This document shows positions 55,899-64,000 of a stretch of 64,000 nucleotides of DNA, one piece after another. A program made the translations under genes and the position numbers. A model generated the notes under the pieces. It was not told the origin of the DNA, searched no databases, and saw only the letters and a list, made by a program, of their open reading frames with translations. Source of the stretch: Nanobdellota archaeon (GTDB lineage: Archaea; Nanobdellota; Nanobdellia; Pacearchaeales; GW2011-AR1); the NCBI GenBank assembly GCA_038046245.1, contig JBBSWO010000001.1:12761-76760 (forward strand). Reading direction: 5' to 3'. Every line of letters begins with the position of its first letter. The first letter of the stretch is position 1.

Positions 55899-56546
55899 AT
55901 GATAAAAAAGGGGCACCACAAACAGAAATCTCATCATATAGAACATAAAACTCATCATGTAGAGCATCATGAAGCCAACCACCCAACTCACCACCAAGAG
56001 CATCATCCCCACCACACACAACATCCGCACAAACAAACACATCATCAAGTTCCCGTAACAATAAACATGCCTGCACCAAAAGAAACAGGATCCAACAGTA
56101 TTCTTTTAGAAAATTTTGTCTCGCTGCAGAGAGTAATGACAAATCTTGCCGTCAAGCTTGACGACTTATCTTCCAACATATCAAAACTTTTGGAGTTATT
56201 CGAAATATCTGCAAAGGCACTCGCAGAAAAAGATTTTGATGTTGAAAAAGACAATAGGGATATTCTAGACAAACTTAATGGGCTTGTAGACCAAAATAAA
56301 ATTCTAGCAAGGGGTATGGCATTGATGCATGAAAGAATCCCAAGAGAGCAACAGCAATATTACCCTCCGCAAGTTCCGCAACAAATGCCTCAACAAGCAC
56401 CTCCACAAATGAGCCAACAATATATGCCCAGCTTGTCTTTGATTAGAGACGTCAATGAATCTCCATCACAGACATCAGAACAACAAACAATGAATGACGA
56501 AACACAATCTTCTCCACAAAGGCCACCGTTCGAGTCTCCAATATAA
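55899..56546 (+). CDS. Histidine-rich protein with coiled-coil and Gln/Pro-rich tail
   Basis: The first ~60 residues are about one-third His (HHKQKSHHIEHKTHHVEHHEANHPTHHQEHHPHHTQHPHKQTHHQ). Confidence 0.6.
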   Translation: MIKKGHHKQKSHHIEHKTHHVEHHEANHPTHHQEHHPHHTQHPHKQTHHQVPVTINMPAPKETGSNSILLENFVSLQRVMTNLAVKLDDLSSNISKLLELFEISAKALAEKDFDVEKDNRDILDKLNGLVDQNKILARGMALMHERIPREQQQYYPPQVPQQMPQQAPPQMSQQYMPSLSLIRDVNESPSQTSEQQTMNDETQSSPQRPPFESPI

Positions 56547-56547
56547 A

Positions 56548-57399
56548 ATGGAAGAAGAATCTATCCCTCAACTCCAGACAAAACTTTCCAGCACATCACA
56601 AGGTTTCAGAAAATACTTTCTCTTATTGTTCACAAAAGAATTGATAAAACAAACAAAAGTTGAAGAATTCTTTACATTAAACCACGTTATAAAAAAGAAG
56701 AATAAAGAAGTTGAAGAAATAGAAAACCTAAGAAAAGAAATTGAAGAAGCGGAAAAAGAAAAAATAAGGACTGGGGTGTTTAGACCTCAAAGAGTTCTCA
56801 CGCCTGTAAAAACATACACAGCAATGCAGCTTCCACCACAAAAACAGGAAGAACAATTCATACCAAGTTTAATGCACACCGAAAAACCGCTAGTAAAACA
56901 ATACACACAACCTCTTCCAGAACAAATAACCCAAACTCTCTCCCAACAACCACAGGTACAGCAAAGAACGCCAATGCCTCGTGCACCAAGAATCCCCCCT
57001 CCATTGATTATTCCAGAATATCCTTTGCCTCCAACTGTTCAGTATTTAAGACCATACCCCACAAATATTCAAGTAGATTTAGGGAAACTGAATATATTAG
57101 TGAACGACCAAAATGTGAGAGCGATTGAATGTAATGGCCCAGAAGAGCCCATAGTCGTCAGAGGAGGTATGGGTGCAAAAAATACAAACATCGTGCTGAA
57201 TGAGGAAGAAGTAAATGACGTCCTAAGAAAATTTTCAGAAGCATCCAGGATACCTATAAGCGAGGGTATTTTCAAAATAGTTGTCGGTAAATTAATTCTT
57301 TCAGCCATTGTTTCAGAAGTTGTTGGGAGTAAGTTCATAATAAGAAAAATGGCTCCACCTTCTCCTTTTGGGAACATGCCGGGCATGTATGGATTTTAA
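56548..57399 (+). CDS. Protein with a stand-alone N-terminal domain of type II/IV secretion (GspE/FlaI/PilB-type) ATPases, lacking the ATPase domain
   Basis: I prefer the ATG at 56548, 1 nt after the previous stop. The C-terminal VRAIECNGPEEPIVVRGGMGAKNTNIVLNEEEVNDVLRKFSEASRIPISEGIFKIVVGKLILSAIVSEVVGSKFIIRK follows the T2SSE_N pattern (.DI.vNG...v.v...g....t...l..ee....i.ria...gr.i....p......l.dGsR......p....g..f.IRK) and stops at the domain boundary. Confidence 0.5.
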   Translation: MEEESIPQLQTKLSSTSQGFRKYFLLLFTKELIKQTKVEEFFTLNHVIKKKNKEVEEIENLRKEIEEAEKEKIRTGVFRPQRVLTPVKTYTAMQLPPQKQEEQFIPSLMHTEKPLVKQYTQPLPEQITQTLSQQPQVQQRTPMPRAPRIPPPLIIPEYPLPPTVQYLRPYPTNIQVDLGKLNILVNDQNVRAIECNGPEEPIVVRGGMGAKNTNIVLNEEEVNDVLRKFSEASRIPISEGIFKIVVGKLILSAIVSEVVGSKFIIRKMAPPSPFGNMPGMYGF

Positions 57400-57434
57400 A
57401 AACATTTTAAAAACACGATTCTCTTTCTTAAATC

Positions 57435-57716
57435 ATGGAAAAAACAATCACAAAAGAAAAACTTGAAAAATATTTCACATTAACAAGCAAAGCCCTTGAA
57501 CAAGTGAAAAAATCAATAATAAAAGGCAAAGAAAAAGAAGCAAAAGAAATAATTGAAATGACAACAAACTACCTTTTAGACGCAAAGCATTTTGAAAAAA
57601 AAGGGGATTTCGTAAACGCTTTCGGAGCATTAAATTACGCTCACGGTTGGCTCGACTCAGGAGTAAGATTAGAGATATTTGACGTTAAAGATAACAAATT
57701 GTTTACAGTAAAATAA
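57435..57716 (+). CDS. DUF357 family protein
   Basis: NAFGALNYAHGWLDSGVRL matches the DUF357 C-terminal signature. Confidence 0.6.
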   Translation: MEKTITKEKLEKYFTLTSKALEQVKKSIIKGKEKEAKEIIEMTTNYLLDAKHFEKKGDFVNAFGALNYAHGWLDSGVRLEIFDVKDNKLFTVK

Positions 57717-57753
57717 TCACATACTTTAAAAAAACCAAATGCTATAATAAGTC

Positions 57754-58434
57754 ATGAAAAAACTGGTGATAATGAGTCTTGGAGGTAGTATAATAATCCC
57801 TGAAGACGTTGACAAAGAATTTCTGTTAAAATTCAAAAAATTAATACTTAGAAACACCAATAAATGTAAATTTATCATAGTTTGTGGCGGAGGCAGTTTA
57901 GCAAGAAAATACATCGCTGCTTTAAAAGATAAACCAAATATAATCCGAGGAGTTGCGGGGATTTCAGCAACAAGAACAAATGCAAAATTCATGTCTTTAT
58001 TCTTTGATCAAGATCCTGAAAAAGAAGTTCCAAGAAAGTTTAATGAAGTCAGAGAATTGATAAAAAAACAAGATATTGTTTTTTGTGGAGGCTTAGAATT
58101 AAAGCCGCATCAAACAACAGACACAAATGCTGCAGATCTTGCAGCTGCATTCAAAGTTCCTTTCATAAATTTAACAAATGTTTTAGGATTGTATGATAAA
58201 AACCCAAGAAAAAACAAAAGCGCAAAATTCATTTCAAGAATAAGCTGGAAAGAATTCCATAAGATGGCAAACTCAATAAAATTCGAACCAGGACAACACT
58301 TTGTATTGGACCAGGAAGCATCAGAGATAATATTAAAGAACAAGATAACAACTTACATTTTAGGAAAAAACGCAAAAAACCTTGAGAATTACCTCAATGG
58401 AAAAAGCTTCAAAGGGACTGTGATTGAAGGATAA
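57754..58434 (+). CDS. pyrH: UMP kinase, archaeal type
   Basis: Amino-acid-kinase fold: LVIMSLGGSII, IVCGGGSLARKYI, GISATRTNA, TTDTNAADLAA, with the ~225-aa archaeal size. Confidence 0.75.
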   Translation: MKKLVIMSLGGSIIIPEDVDKEFLLKFKKLILRNTNKCKFIIVCGGGSLARKYIAALKDKPNIIRGVAGISATRTNAKFMSLFFDQDPEKEVPRKFNEVRELIKKQDIVFCGGLELKPHQTTDTNAADLAAAFKVPFINLTNVLGLYDKNPRKNKSAKFISRISWKEFHKMANSIKFEPGQHFVLDQEASEIILKNKITTYILGKNAKNLENYLNGKSFKGTVIEG

Positions 58435-58444
58435 AAATTATTTC

Positions 58445-59461
58445 TTACAGATTTGCCATAACAGCAGTAATATCACTTATGTCTGTCCTATTATCGCTAT
58501 TAACATCTAAATGTTTATAGTTATTCCAGTCAATATCTGCATTATTTTTTCCCTGCCATCTTATTACTAAAACCAAGTCAATTATGTTTACTTTGCCGTC
58601 AGAGTTTACATCCGGAAAAATTGAAGAAGTGGATGCCAGTGGTCCAATAGGAGAACGTGAAACCACAAGATTGTCTACATAAATATACTGAGTTCCTATG
58701 GTATTTGGCATATATGGAATAAAAACTATAACGTTCAGTTTTAGATTTGTTGTATTTCTCCAGCTCATATTTTGAACTGATATTTTTAGAGTATTATTTA
58801 TGTATAATTCCTGCAATCCATCATGCAACCCTATATTGTTTACTTCTACAGTGTTTACTTTAACTCTTGCCTCCACCAACTGCCACTGCCCACCTACAAG
58901 CGGAGTCTGCGGAGTCGTTTGACGAAACACATTGCCCCAAATTCCCACCATTTCAGGAAAATATGAATAAAATGTAAAGGGCATCAATGTGCCACTGCCA
59001 TCAGTGTGATCTGGATCAACAGCTGTCGTGAATCTATCAAAACCAGTAGGCACAGTTCCAGAATTTCCATAAGGCATGTTGCCAGCAATTCCAAACAAAT
59101 GCATTCCATTTCCATCACTTCTTAAATTCTGAAATCCTGGCTGAAATTTGACATAAAATCTAGCATAAATCTCATCATATCCTGGCAAGAACCATTCCTC
59201 CATTACATCTCCGCCATCTCCTACAGTATTGATCATAATTTGAAGTGAATGATTTCCATCCAAAATATTCTGTGAGTTGGAATTTATCGTATTTTTGACT
59301 CCAGTTACATCCCATCTTGCCAAATTTCCATTTTCAAAATCATCACAAAAAATCCATTCAGGATGTAATGTTTGCCAATTCACGGGGCACTCATTAGCAG
59401 AAGCAAAGCTGATGAACATAAACAAAAATATTGCTCCAAAAAATATTTTCTCTTGTTTCAT
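58445..59461 (-). CDS. Secreted jelly-roll-like protein with C-terminal dockerin-type repeat pair
   Basis: Signal peptide (FGAIFLFMFISFASA). The C-terminal DVNSDGKVNIIDLVLVI...LDVNSDNRTDISDITAVMANL is two Ca-binding dockerin segments. Confidence 0.65.
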   Translation of the reverse strand: MKQEKIFFGAIFLFMFISFASANECPVNWQTLHPEWIFCDDFENGNLARWDVTGVKNTINSNSQNILDGNHSLQIMINTVGDGGDVMEEWFLPGYDEIYARFYVKFQPGFQNLRSDGNGMHLFGIAGNMPYGNSGTVPTGFDRFTTAVDPDHTDGSGTLMPFTFYSYFPEMVGIWGNVFRQTTPQTPLVGGQWQLVEARVKVNTVEVNNIGLHDGLQELYINNTLKISVQNMSWRNTTNLKLNVIVFIPYMPNTIGTQYIYVDNLVVSRSPIGPLASTSSIFPDVNSDGKVNIIDLVLVIRWQGKNNADIDWNNYKHLDVNSDNRTDISDITAVMANL

Positions 59462-59470
59462 TTTTTATTC

Positions 59471-62413
59471 TCACATGTTTCCTATAACAACCAACGCGTC
59501 ATTCCAATTGATTGAAGAGTCATTGTTCAAATCTAAATGGCCATAATTTCCAGTTGGTGTTCTACCTTGATTGAAGATAACAATTGATAAATCTTTGACA
59601 TTAACACTTCCATCATTGTTTACATCTGGTGAGTTTTGCTGACTTTGTGTTTGACCAGCATAATAGCCCATATCGGTGCAAGGACTTCCAGTAGCAGGTC
59701 TTAAAAAATTAATATTGGAAGAGTTGGTTGACATTAGTTGCGGATCTGCAAAAACTGAATTGGTGTCTAAGTTAAACAGTTGTTGTGCTTGGGTAAAATT
59801 GTATAAATTACCTCCTGAACCAAGATATTGTAGAAAGGTTCTCGTGCTTGGAGTATAATAGACACAGTTGTTATTTGAATGTATGCTTAAAATTGAAGCT
59901 TGCATTGGATCATATGGTGCATAGTTTGCACAGTCAACACCATATTTACATACATTATACATGCCCTCACTTCCAATGCATTGATAGAAAATATTTTTTT
60001 GTATTGTAAGATTTTTTCCTTCCCAATACAATAACGTCTGCCCGCAGGAAACAAAAGTATTGTATTCGATTGTTGAATTTTGATTATTATACACATCAGG
60101 GTTTGAATAATCAGCCAGTCCCCCATAAGAATCGACTGCATTTTGACTGATATTGAATAAAAGGTTATGGTGAAAATGAGTATTCCTATTTCTTATTTTT
60201 GTGCCCTGATAGTTGTTGTAGATAGTGTTATTGTAAATTTCTAGACCTCCCACTCCAGGATGTTTCTGGAAGATACCAGTAACTCTGCTGTCATGAATAA
60301 TATTATTTCGAATCGTGATGTTTTGTGAATCATGGATGTAATCTGGAGAGTGAATAGTGATATCTCCACAATTGTCTCCAAGAGAGTCTGCATTATGGAC
60401 ATTGTTATTTTCTATTAGAGTATTATCAACATACCAAAACTGCATCTGTCCGTCAGTACCATCACAATTAATTGTAGTTCCATACACTTCTAGATTATGA
60501 ACAACAGTGTAATTGCCATATTCTACCCTGAGTGAGGAAGCTCCAACTGTTCCTGTTTCTTGTCCATTTATAATAACCAAATTCTCAACATTGACGAAGT
60601 TTGGAAAACTAAGCCACATTGCAGGAAAAACGTGATTTCCATCGACTATTGCTGTTTCGCCAGGATATCCTTTTATAGTAATATGATCCAAAGCATTTCC
60701 AGTAAGTGTATCTCTTCTTGTATTCTCAACATAAGTTCCTTCTCTAATGTAAAGAATATCACCAGGAATACCTATAGCATTTAGTCCTCTTTGTACATTT
60801 CTGAATGGATTTGTGAAATTTCCTGAATTTGTGTCAAGCCCAGTTGTTGAAACATAATAACACTTTCCTGTTCCTGTCGCTTCACAAGTTGGTGCTGTTG
60901 AAACATATTCCAATGCGCCAATGTCCGGGGCTAAACCACTCCAATGTCTACAATTTGTTAAACTGCTTCCCCCATTGCTATCAGATAACGCACAATGAAA
61001 TCCCGGAATAAATGTCCCGTTATCAACTCCTGGGCTGATATCTTGAAGGCGATAATTGTAATTATTTTGGTTAAAAAATAATGGATCTGCGCTGATTGAA
61101 TTCTGGCCGTTATTCGAACCTTGTGTTTGCCAATAACTTCTCCAGCCAGTTAAGTTATACGGGATAAAATACCAGCAGAAATTGTAATTACCTAAAGAAT
61201 TGTATATAATATTGTTGTTTTCTTTGAAATTTACAGCATAATCTGGGAGATTTTGGGTACCATCATAATCGCTTCCTGCTCCCTTGTTTGCAAATTCTCT
61301 TTGGTAATCATCATAAGGTTGGACTGCATTGCAGCTTGTAGTTGATGCCCTATAATCGCAGTTCGTCAAAATATTATTATAGACATTTGTGTTGGTTGTA
61401 TTTTTGTAAAAGAAACAAACACCATTCCCCGGAGTATAGTTTCCCGTCCCTACAACAGTGTTTTGATACCATGAAAAATTTTCGTGTTCAGGATACAAAA
61501 GGTTTGTAGCTGCTGATTGCCCAATCCCCATATAAGAGAAATTGAAAACCAGATTATCATAAACCTTCACGTTATTGCTGCCATGAAAATAAATTCCTTG
61601 ATCCACATTATAAATGGTGTTATTGTAAATATTTACAATATTTAATGATTCCCAATTCATAGTGCCTGGAGGATCCTCAACCCAAAGATTACCCTTGGCA
61701 AAAACTCCACCATACTCATCATGAATAGTGTTATTACGAATAGTCACATTGTATGCACCATACATTTCAATTCCAGCCCCCGTACCAACAAAACAAGTTG
61801 GGTCTTTATTGTCATGTATATTGTTGTTTTCAATGAGAACATTTCTCAGGCCAGGTACGGTTGAATAAGTAAAAATGAAGAATATTCCTCCCCCATTGTT
61901 ATTTCCAGGGGGAACTTGTGGCCCTTTATTATCGTGAATATGAGAATTTCTGATTGTTAAATTTTCAACATTGCTCACTGTTATACCCCTATATCCATTT
62001 ACTACTTCAAGAGAATCATAAATTATATTTGAATATCTTACATAAACCGAATATCTAGCCTGGCCTCCCCCCATTATAACCGGCAAGGAATCACCAGGAT
62101 ATCCTTTAAAGGTTATTGGATTTCCGACAGTGCCGCTTCGAATTGCATATAAAGTGCCGCAATTTCTGCTGTCTGCACAATTATTAAGCGAATCAACCTC
62201 ATCATAAGTTCCAGCTCTTATGAAAACAATATCGCCTGCAAATGCCATGCTTACTCCTTTATGAACAGTACAAAATGGAAAGAATGTAGAGGTTCCAGTA
62301 TTAGAATCACTGCAAGTCCCATCAACAGAATTAATGTCAACATAATAATCAGTTGCACTAACAAAACTTGTTAATGCAAAAAGCAACATTACTACAAAAA
62401 ATATCTTCCTCAT
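59471..62413 (-). CDS. Secreted protein with two right-handed parallel beta-helix (pectate-lyase-fold/PbH1) modules and a C-terminal dockerin-type repeat pair
   Basis: Signal peptide (FFVVMLLFALTSFVSA). Two modules start YYVD...GDIVFIRAGTYDE and YYVS...GDILYIREGTYVEN. Many N-x-I-x-(N/D) rungs such as IRNSHIHDN, IENNNIHDN, IRNNTIHDE. C-terminal DVNNDGSVNVKDLSIVI...LDLNNDSSINWNDALVVIGNM. Confidence 0.75.
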   Translation of the reverse strand: MRKIFFVVMLLFALTSFVSATDYYVDINSVDGTCSDSNTGTSTFFPFCTVHKGVSMAFAGDIVFIRAGTYDEVDSLNNCADSRNCGTLYAIRSGTVGNPITFKGYPGDSLPVIMGGGQARYSVYVRYSNIIYDSLEVVNGYRGITVSNVENLTIRNSHIHDNKGPQVPPGNNNGGGIFFIFTYSTVPGLRNVLIENNNIHDNKDPTCFVGTGAGIEMYGAYNVTIRNNTIHDEYGGVFAKGNLWVEDPPGTMNWESLNIVNIYNNTIYNVDQGIYFHGSNNVKVYDNLVFNFSYMGIGQSAATNLLYPEHENFSWYQNTVVGTGNYTPGNGVCFFYKNTTNTNVYNNILTNCDYRASTTSCNAVQPYDDYQREFANKGAGSDYDGTQNLPDYAVNFKENNNIIYNSLGNYNFCWYFIPYNLTGWRSYWQTQGSNNGQNSISADPLFFNQNNYNYRLQDISPGVDNGTFIPGFHCALSDSNGGSSLTNCRHWSGLAPDIGALEYVSTAPTCEATGTGKCYYVSTTGLDTNSGNFTNPFRNVQRGLNAIGIPGDILYIREGTYVENTRRDTLTGNALDHITIKGYPGETAIVDGNHVFPAMWLSFPNFVNVENLVIINGQETGTVGASSLRVEYGNYTVVHNLEVYGTTINCDGTDGQMQFWYVDNTLIENNNVHNADSLGDNCGDITIHSPDYIHDSQNITIRNNIIHDSRVTGIFQKHPGVGGLEIYNNTIYNNYQGTKIRNRNTHFHHNLLFNISQNAVDSYGGLADYSNPDVYNNQNSTIEYNTFVSCGQTLLYWEGKNLTIQKNIFYQCIGSEGMYNVCKYGVDCANYAPYDPMQASILSIHSNNNCVYYTPSTRTFLQYLGSGGNLYNFTQAQQLFNLDTNSVFADPQLMSTNSSNINFLRPATGSPCTDMGYYAGQTQSQQNSPDVNNDGSVNVKDLSIVIFNQGRTPTGNYGHLDLNNDSSINWNDALVVIGNM

Positions 62414-62493
62414 TTTAACAATAAATCAACATTATTTGGATTTAAAACATTATCGTCAATCAAGTTTATAAAATCCTTTGATATTGATATTTC

Positions 62494-62952
62494 ATGCCCA
62501 CAACCTTAATCCACGAAAACACTTTTGAGAAAGCAAGAAATGCAATAAAAAAACATAAAGGAAACTCTATAATTTTCTCAAGCGATGACGAAGATGTAGC
62601 AAGAAAAGTCCTTGAAAAAGAAGAGATAAATATTCTTCTAGTAAACCAAAAAGGAAGAAAAGACTTCCAAAAGCAAAGAAATTCTGGCTTAGATAATGTG
62701 ATGGCAAAAGAAGCAAAAAAATCAAATGTTGCCATAGGAATAAATCTTGATGAAATCTTAAATTCAAAAGATAAAGAAAAAATAGAGATTTTTGCAAGGA
62801 TAAGGCAGAACATAGAGTTGTGCAAAAAAAACAAGCTTAAGATGATGTTTGTAAGCAAGGATAAAAGAGATATTTATGACCTTAAATCCCTTGCTTTGGT
62901 TCTTGGAATGCCTACCTGGATGACAAATACTATTGAGAACAAAACTTTTTAA
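62494..62952 (+). CDS. RNase P protein component 3 (Rpp30/Rnp3)-like, unusually short (152 aa)
   Basis: DNVMAKEAKKSNVAIGINLDEIL...RIRQNIELCKKNKLKMMFVSKDKRDIYDLKSLALVLGM follows the C-terminal two-thirds of Rpp30 (d.vla.lA.e..vaiEi.l..ll.....r..i.l..k..v..i.sS.A....lr.p.....l...lG). Confidence 0.5.
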   Translation: MPTTLIHENTFEKARNAIKKHKGNSIIFSSDDEDVARKVLEKEEINILLVNQKGRKDFQKQRNSGLDNVMAKEAKKSNVAIGINLDEILNSKDKEKIEIFARIRQNIELCKKNKLKMMFVSKDKRDIYDLKSLALVLGMPTWMTNTIENKTF

Positions 62953-62974
62953 TCCCTTTACCCGTTCTATAAAA

Positions 62975-64000
62975 ATGGACATAAACAAACTAATAGACTC
63001 TCTAAGCCCAAATGAAAGAAAGATACTGCCTCATCTTGGAGAAAGAGAGATAAGTGAAATAGCAAAAAAATCAAACCTTGACAAGGTCTCAGTTGCAAGA
63101 TCACTTGAATACCTGAAAAACAAAGGAATCGTAAACCTAAACTACGAAAAGAAAAAGATAATAGAGCTCGGAGTCAATGGGGCATTATACAAGAAAAAAG
63201 GCCTTCCGGAAAGAAGACTTCTGCATTTAGTCTCAGAAAAAAGAATAATCCCTTTGGAAGAATGCAAAAAGCTCTCAGAATTGAGCGACGATGAGTTTAA
63301 GGCATCTTTAGGGGTGCTAAAGAAAAAATCAGCTATAGACATAAAAAACGGAAAAATAATATTAAGCTCAAACGAAGACATATCAAAAAACACGCCGGAA
63401 GAATCATTCCTTAAAGTTCTCCCGATAGAATTAGAATCATTAAACCCCGGACAATTGAATACATTAAAGGCTCTGCAGGACAGAAAAGAGATGGTTGAAA
63501 TAATTGAGATAAAAGTTGAAAAAATTGAAATAACCGAGCTTGGCAAAAAAATTGTCAAAACGAAGATTGATGAAAAAAATCTTGTAGAACAAATAACTCC
63601 TGAAATTTTGAAAAAAGAGTCTTTATGGAAAAAGAAAAAGTTCAGAAGATATGATGTAACCTCTCCAATTTCCTCAGTTTATGGGGGCAAGAGACATTTT
63701 GTAAATCAGTCTACAGATTATGCAAGAAAAATTTGGACAGAATTAGGTTTTAAAGAAATGTCTGGGAATTTAGTGCAAACATCATTCTGGAATTTCGATG
63801 CTCTGTTTACCGCACAAGATCATCCAGTAAGAGAGATGCAAGACACATTCTTTTTGGAAAAAAATGGGGAACTTCCAGATAAAAAGATTGTAAAAGCTGT
63901 GAAAGACGCGCATGAAAAGGGGACTAATAGCAAAGGTTGGAACTATAATTGGAACGAAGAGGAGGCAAAAACTCTCGTTTTGAGAACTCACACAACTTGT
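62975..64000 (+). CDS. pheS: Phenylalanine--tRNA ligase alpha subunit (archaeal), 3'-truncated by the window edge
   Basis: Not in the ORF track (no stop in the window). The ATG at 62975 gives MDINKLIDSLSPNERKILPHL... (winged-helix repeats), then GGKRHFVNQ...FWNFDALFTAQDHPVREMQDTFF, the class II motif region of archaeal PheS. Confidence 0.85.
   Translation, partial: MDINKLIDSLSPNERKILPHLGEREISEIAKKSNLDKVSVARSLEYLKNKGIVNLNYEKKKIIELGVNGALYKKKGLPERRLLHLVSEKRIIPLEECKKLSELSDDEFKASLGVLKKKSAIDIKNGKIILSSNEDISKNTPEESFLKVLPIELESLNPGQLNTLKALQDRKEMVEIIEIKVEKIEITELGKKIVKTKIDEKNLVEQITPEILKKESLWKKKKFRRYDVTSPISSVYGGKRHFVNQSTDYARKIWTELGFKEMSGNLVQTSFWNFDALFTAQDHPVREMQDTFFLEKNGELPDKKIVKAVKDAHEKGTNSKGWNYNWNEEEAKTLVLRTHTTC

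Noticed and set aside
55897-56272. Minus-strand ORFs 55897..56142 and 56045..56272 opposite the His-rich gene.
   Set aside because: The antisense of CAY/CAT-rich His codons gives artefactual open frames. No start context.
56494-56547. Upstream TTG/ATG-extended start (MTKHNLLHKGHRSSLQYK...) for the T2SSE_N-like gene.
   Set aside because: The extension overlaps the last 53 nt of the preceding gene. The ATG at 56548 sits 1 nt after that gene's stop, the typical coupling seen elsewhere in this window.
62466-63991. Minus-strand ORFs 62466..62858, 62567..62797, 62764..62988, 63142..63558 and 63782..63991.
   Set aside because: They are antisense shadows of the Rpp30-like gene and of the edge-truncated pheS gene, which has unmistakable class II PheS motifs.
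1-64000. Looked for CRISPR arrays, IS elements/transposases, integrases, rRNA genes and toxin-antitoxin pairs.
   Set aside because: No regularly spaced short direct repeats. No DDE/HUH/tyrosine-recombinase-like ORFs. No rRNA-like conserved stretches. The only repeats are intragenic LamG duplications and the short tRNA 3'-end duplicate.

Overview
AT-rich, very gene-dense archaeal window. The archaeal assignment rests on an archaeal-type ThrRS with the N-terminal editing domain, archaeal/eukaryal-type TrpRS, PheRS alpha, Elp3, an Rpp30-like RNase P protein, archaeal UMP kinase and a tRNA with a canonical bulge-helix-bulge intron. Tight gene packing, giant surface proteins and reduced protein sizes suggest a small-genome DPANN-like archaeon; that is inference only. 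The left ~35 kb is almost entirely minus-strand cell-surface genes. It holds two paralogous giant subtilase/LamG/beta-helix proteins: one runs off the left edge and is missing from the ORF track, the other is 3,291 aa. Between them lies an uninterrupted same-strand array: giant protein, small anchored beta-sandwich proteins, two proteins with a TasA/SipW-substrate-like N-terminus, type I signal peptidase, two sequon-rich cadherin-like adhesins, a tiny RHH regulator and a MoxR-DUF58-VWA triad. I consider this array the best candidate for an undescribed surface-fibre, adhesion or host-attachment assembly system. The right ~29 kb is mostly housekeeping (thrS, trpS, pheS, ppsA, pyrH, Elp3, tRNA-Ile(UAU) with intron, tRNA-Glu). 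It is interspersed with oddities: an Elp3/Trm9-like divergent pair, an AbiTii-like gene next to tRNA-Glu, and a DAC-domain protein with C-terminal TM helices. Others are a SleB-like murein hydrolase, a degenerate cyclase-homology receptor, a His-rich protein with an orphan secretion-ATPase N-domain protein, and two dockerin-tagged secreted proteins. Two RNA-level oddities complete the list: a split duplicate of the tRNA-Ile 3' end and a possible structured RNA. I saw no CRISPR array, transposase, integrase or rRNA. All function calls come from motif recognition by eye; no searches were run.
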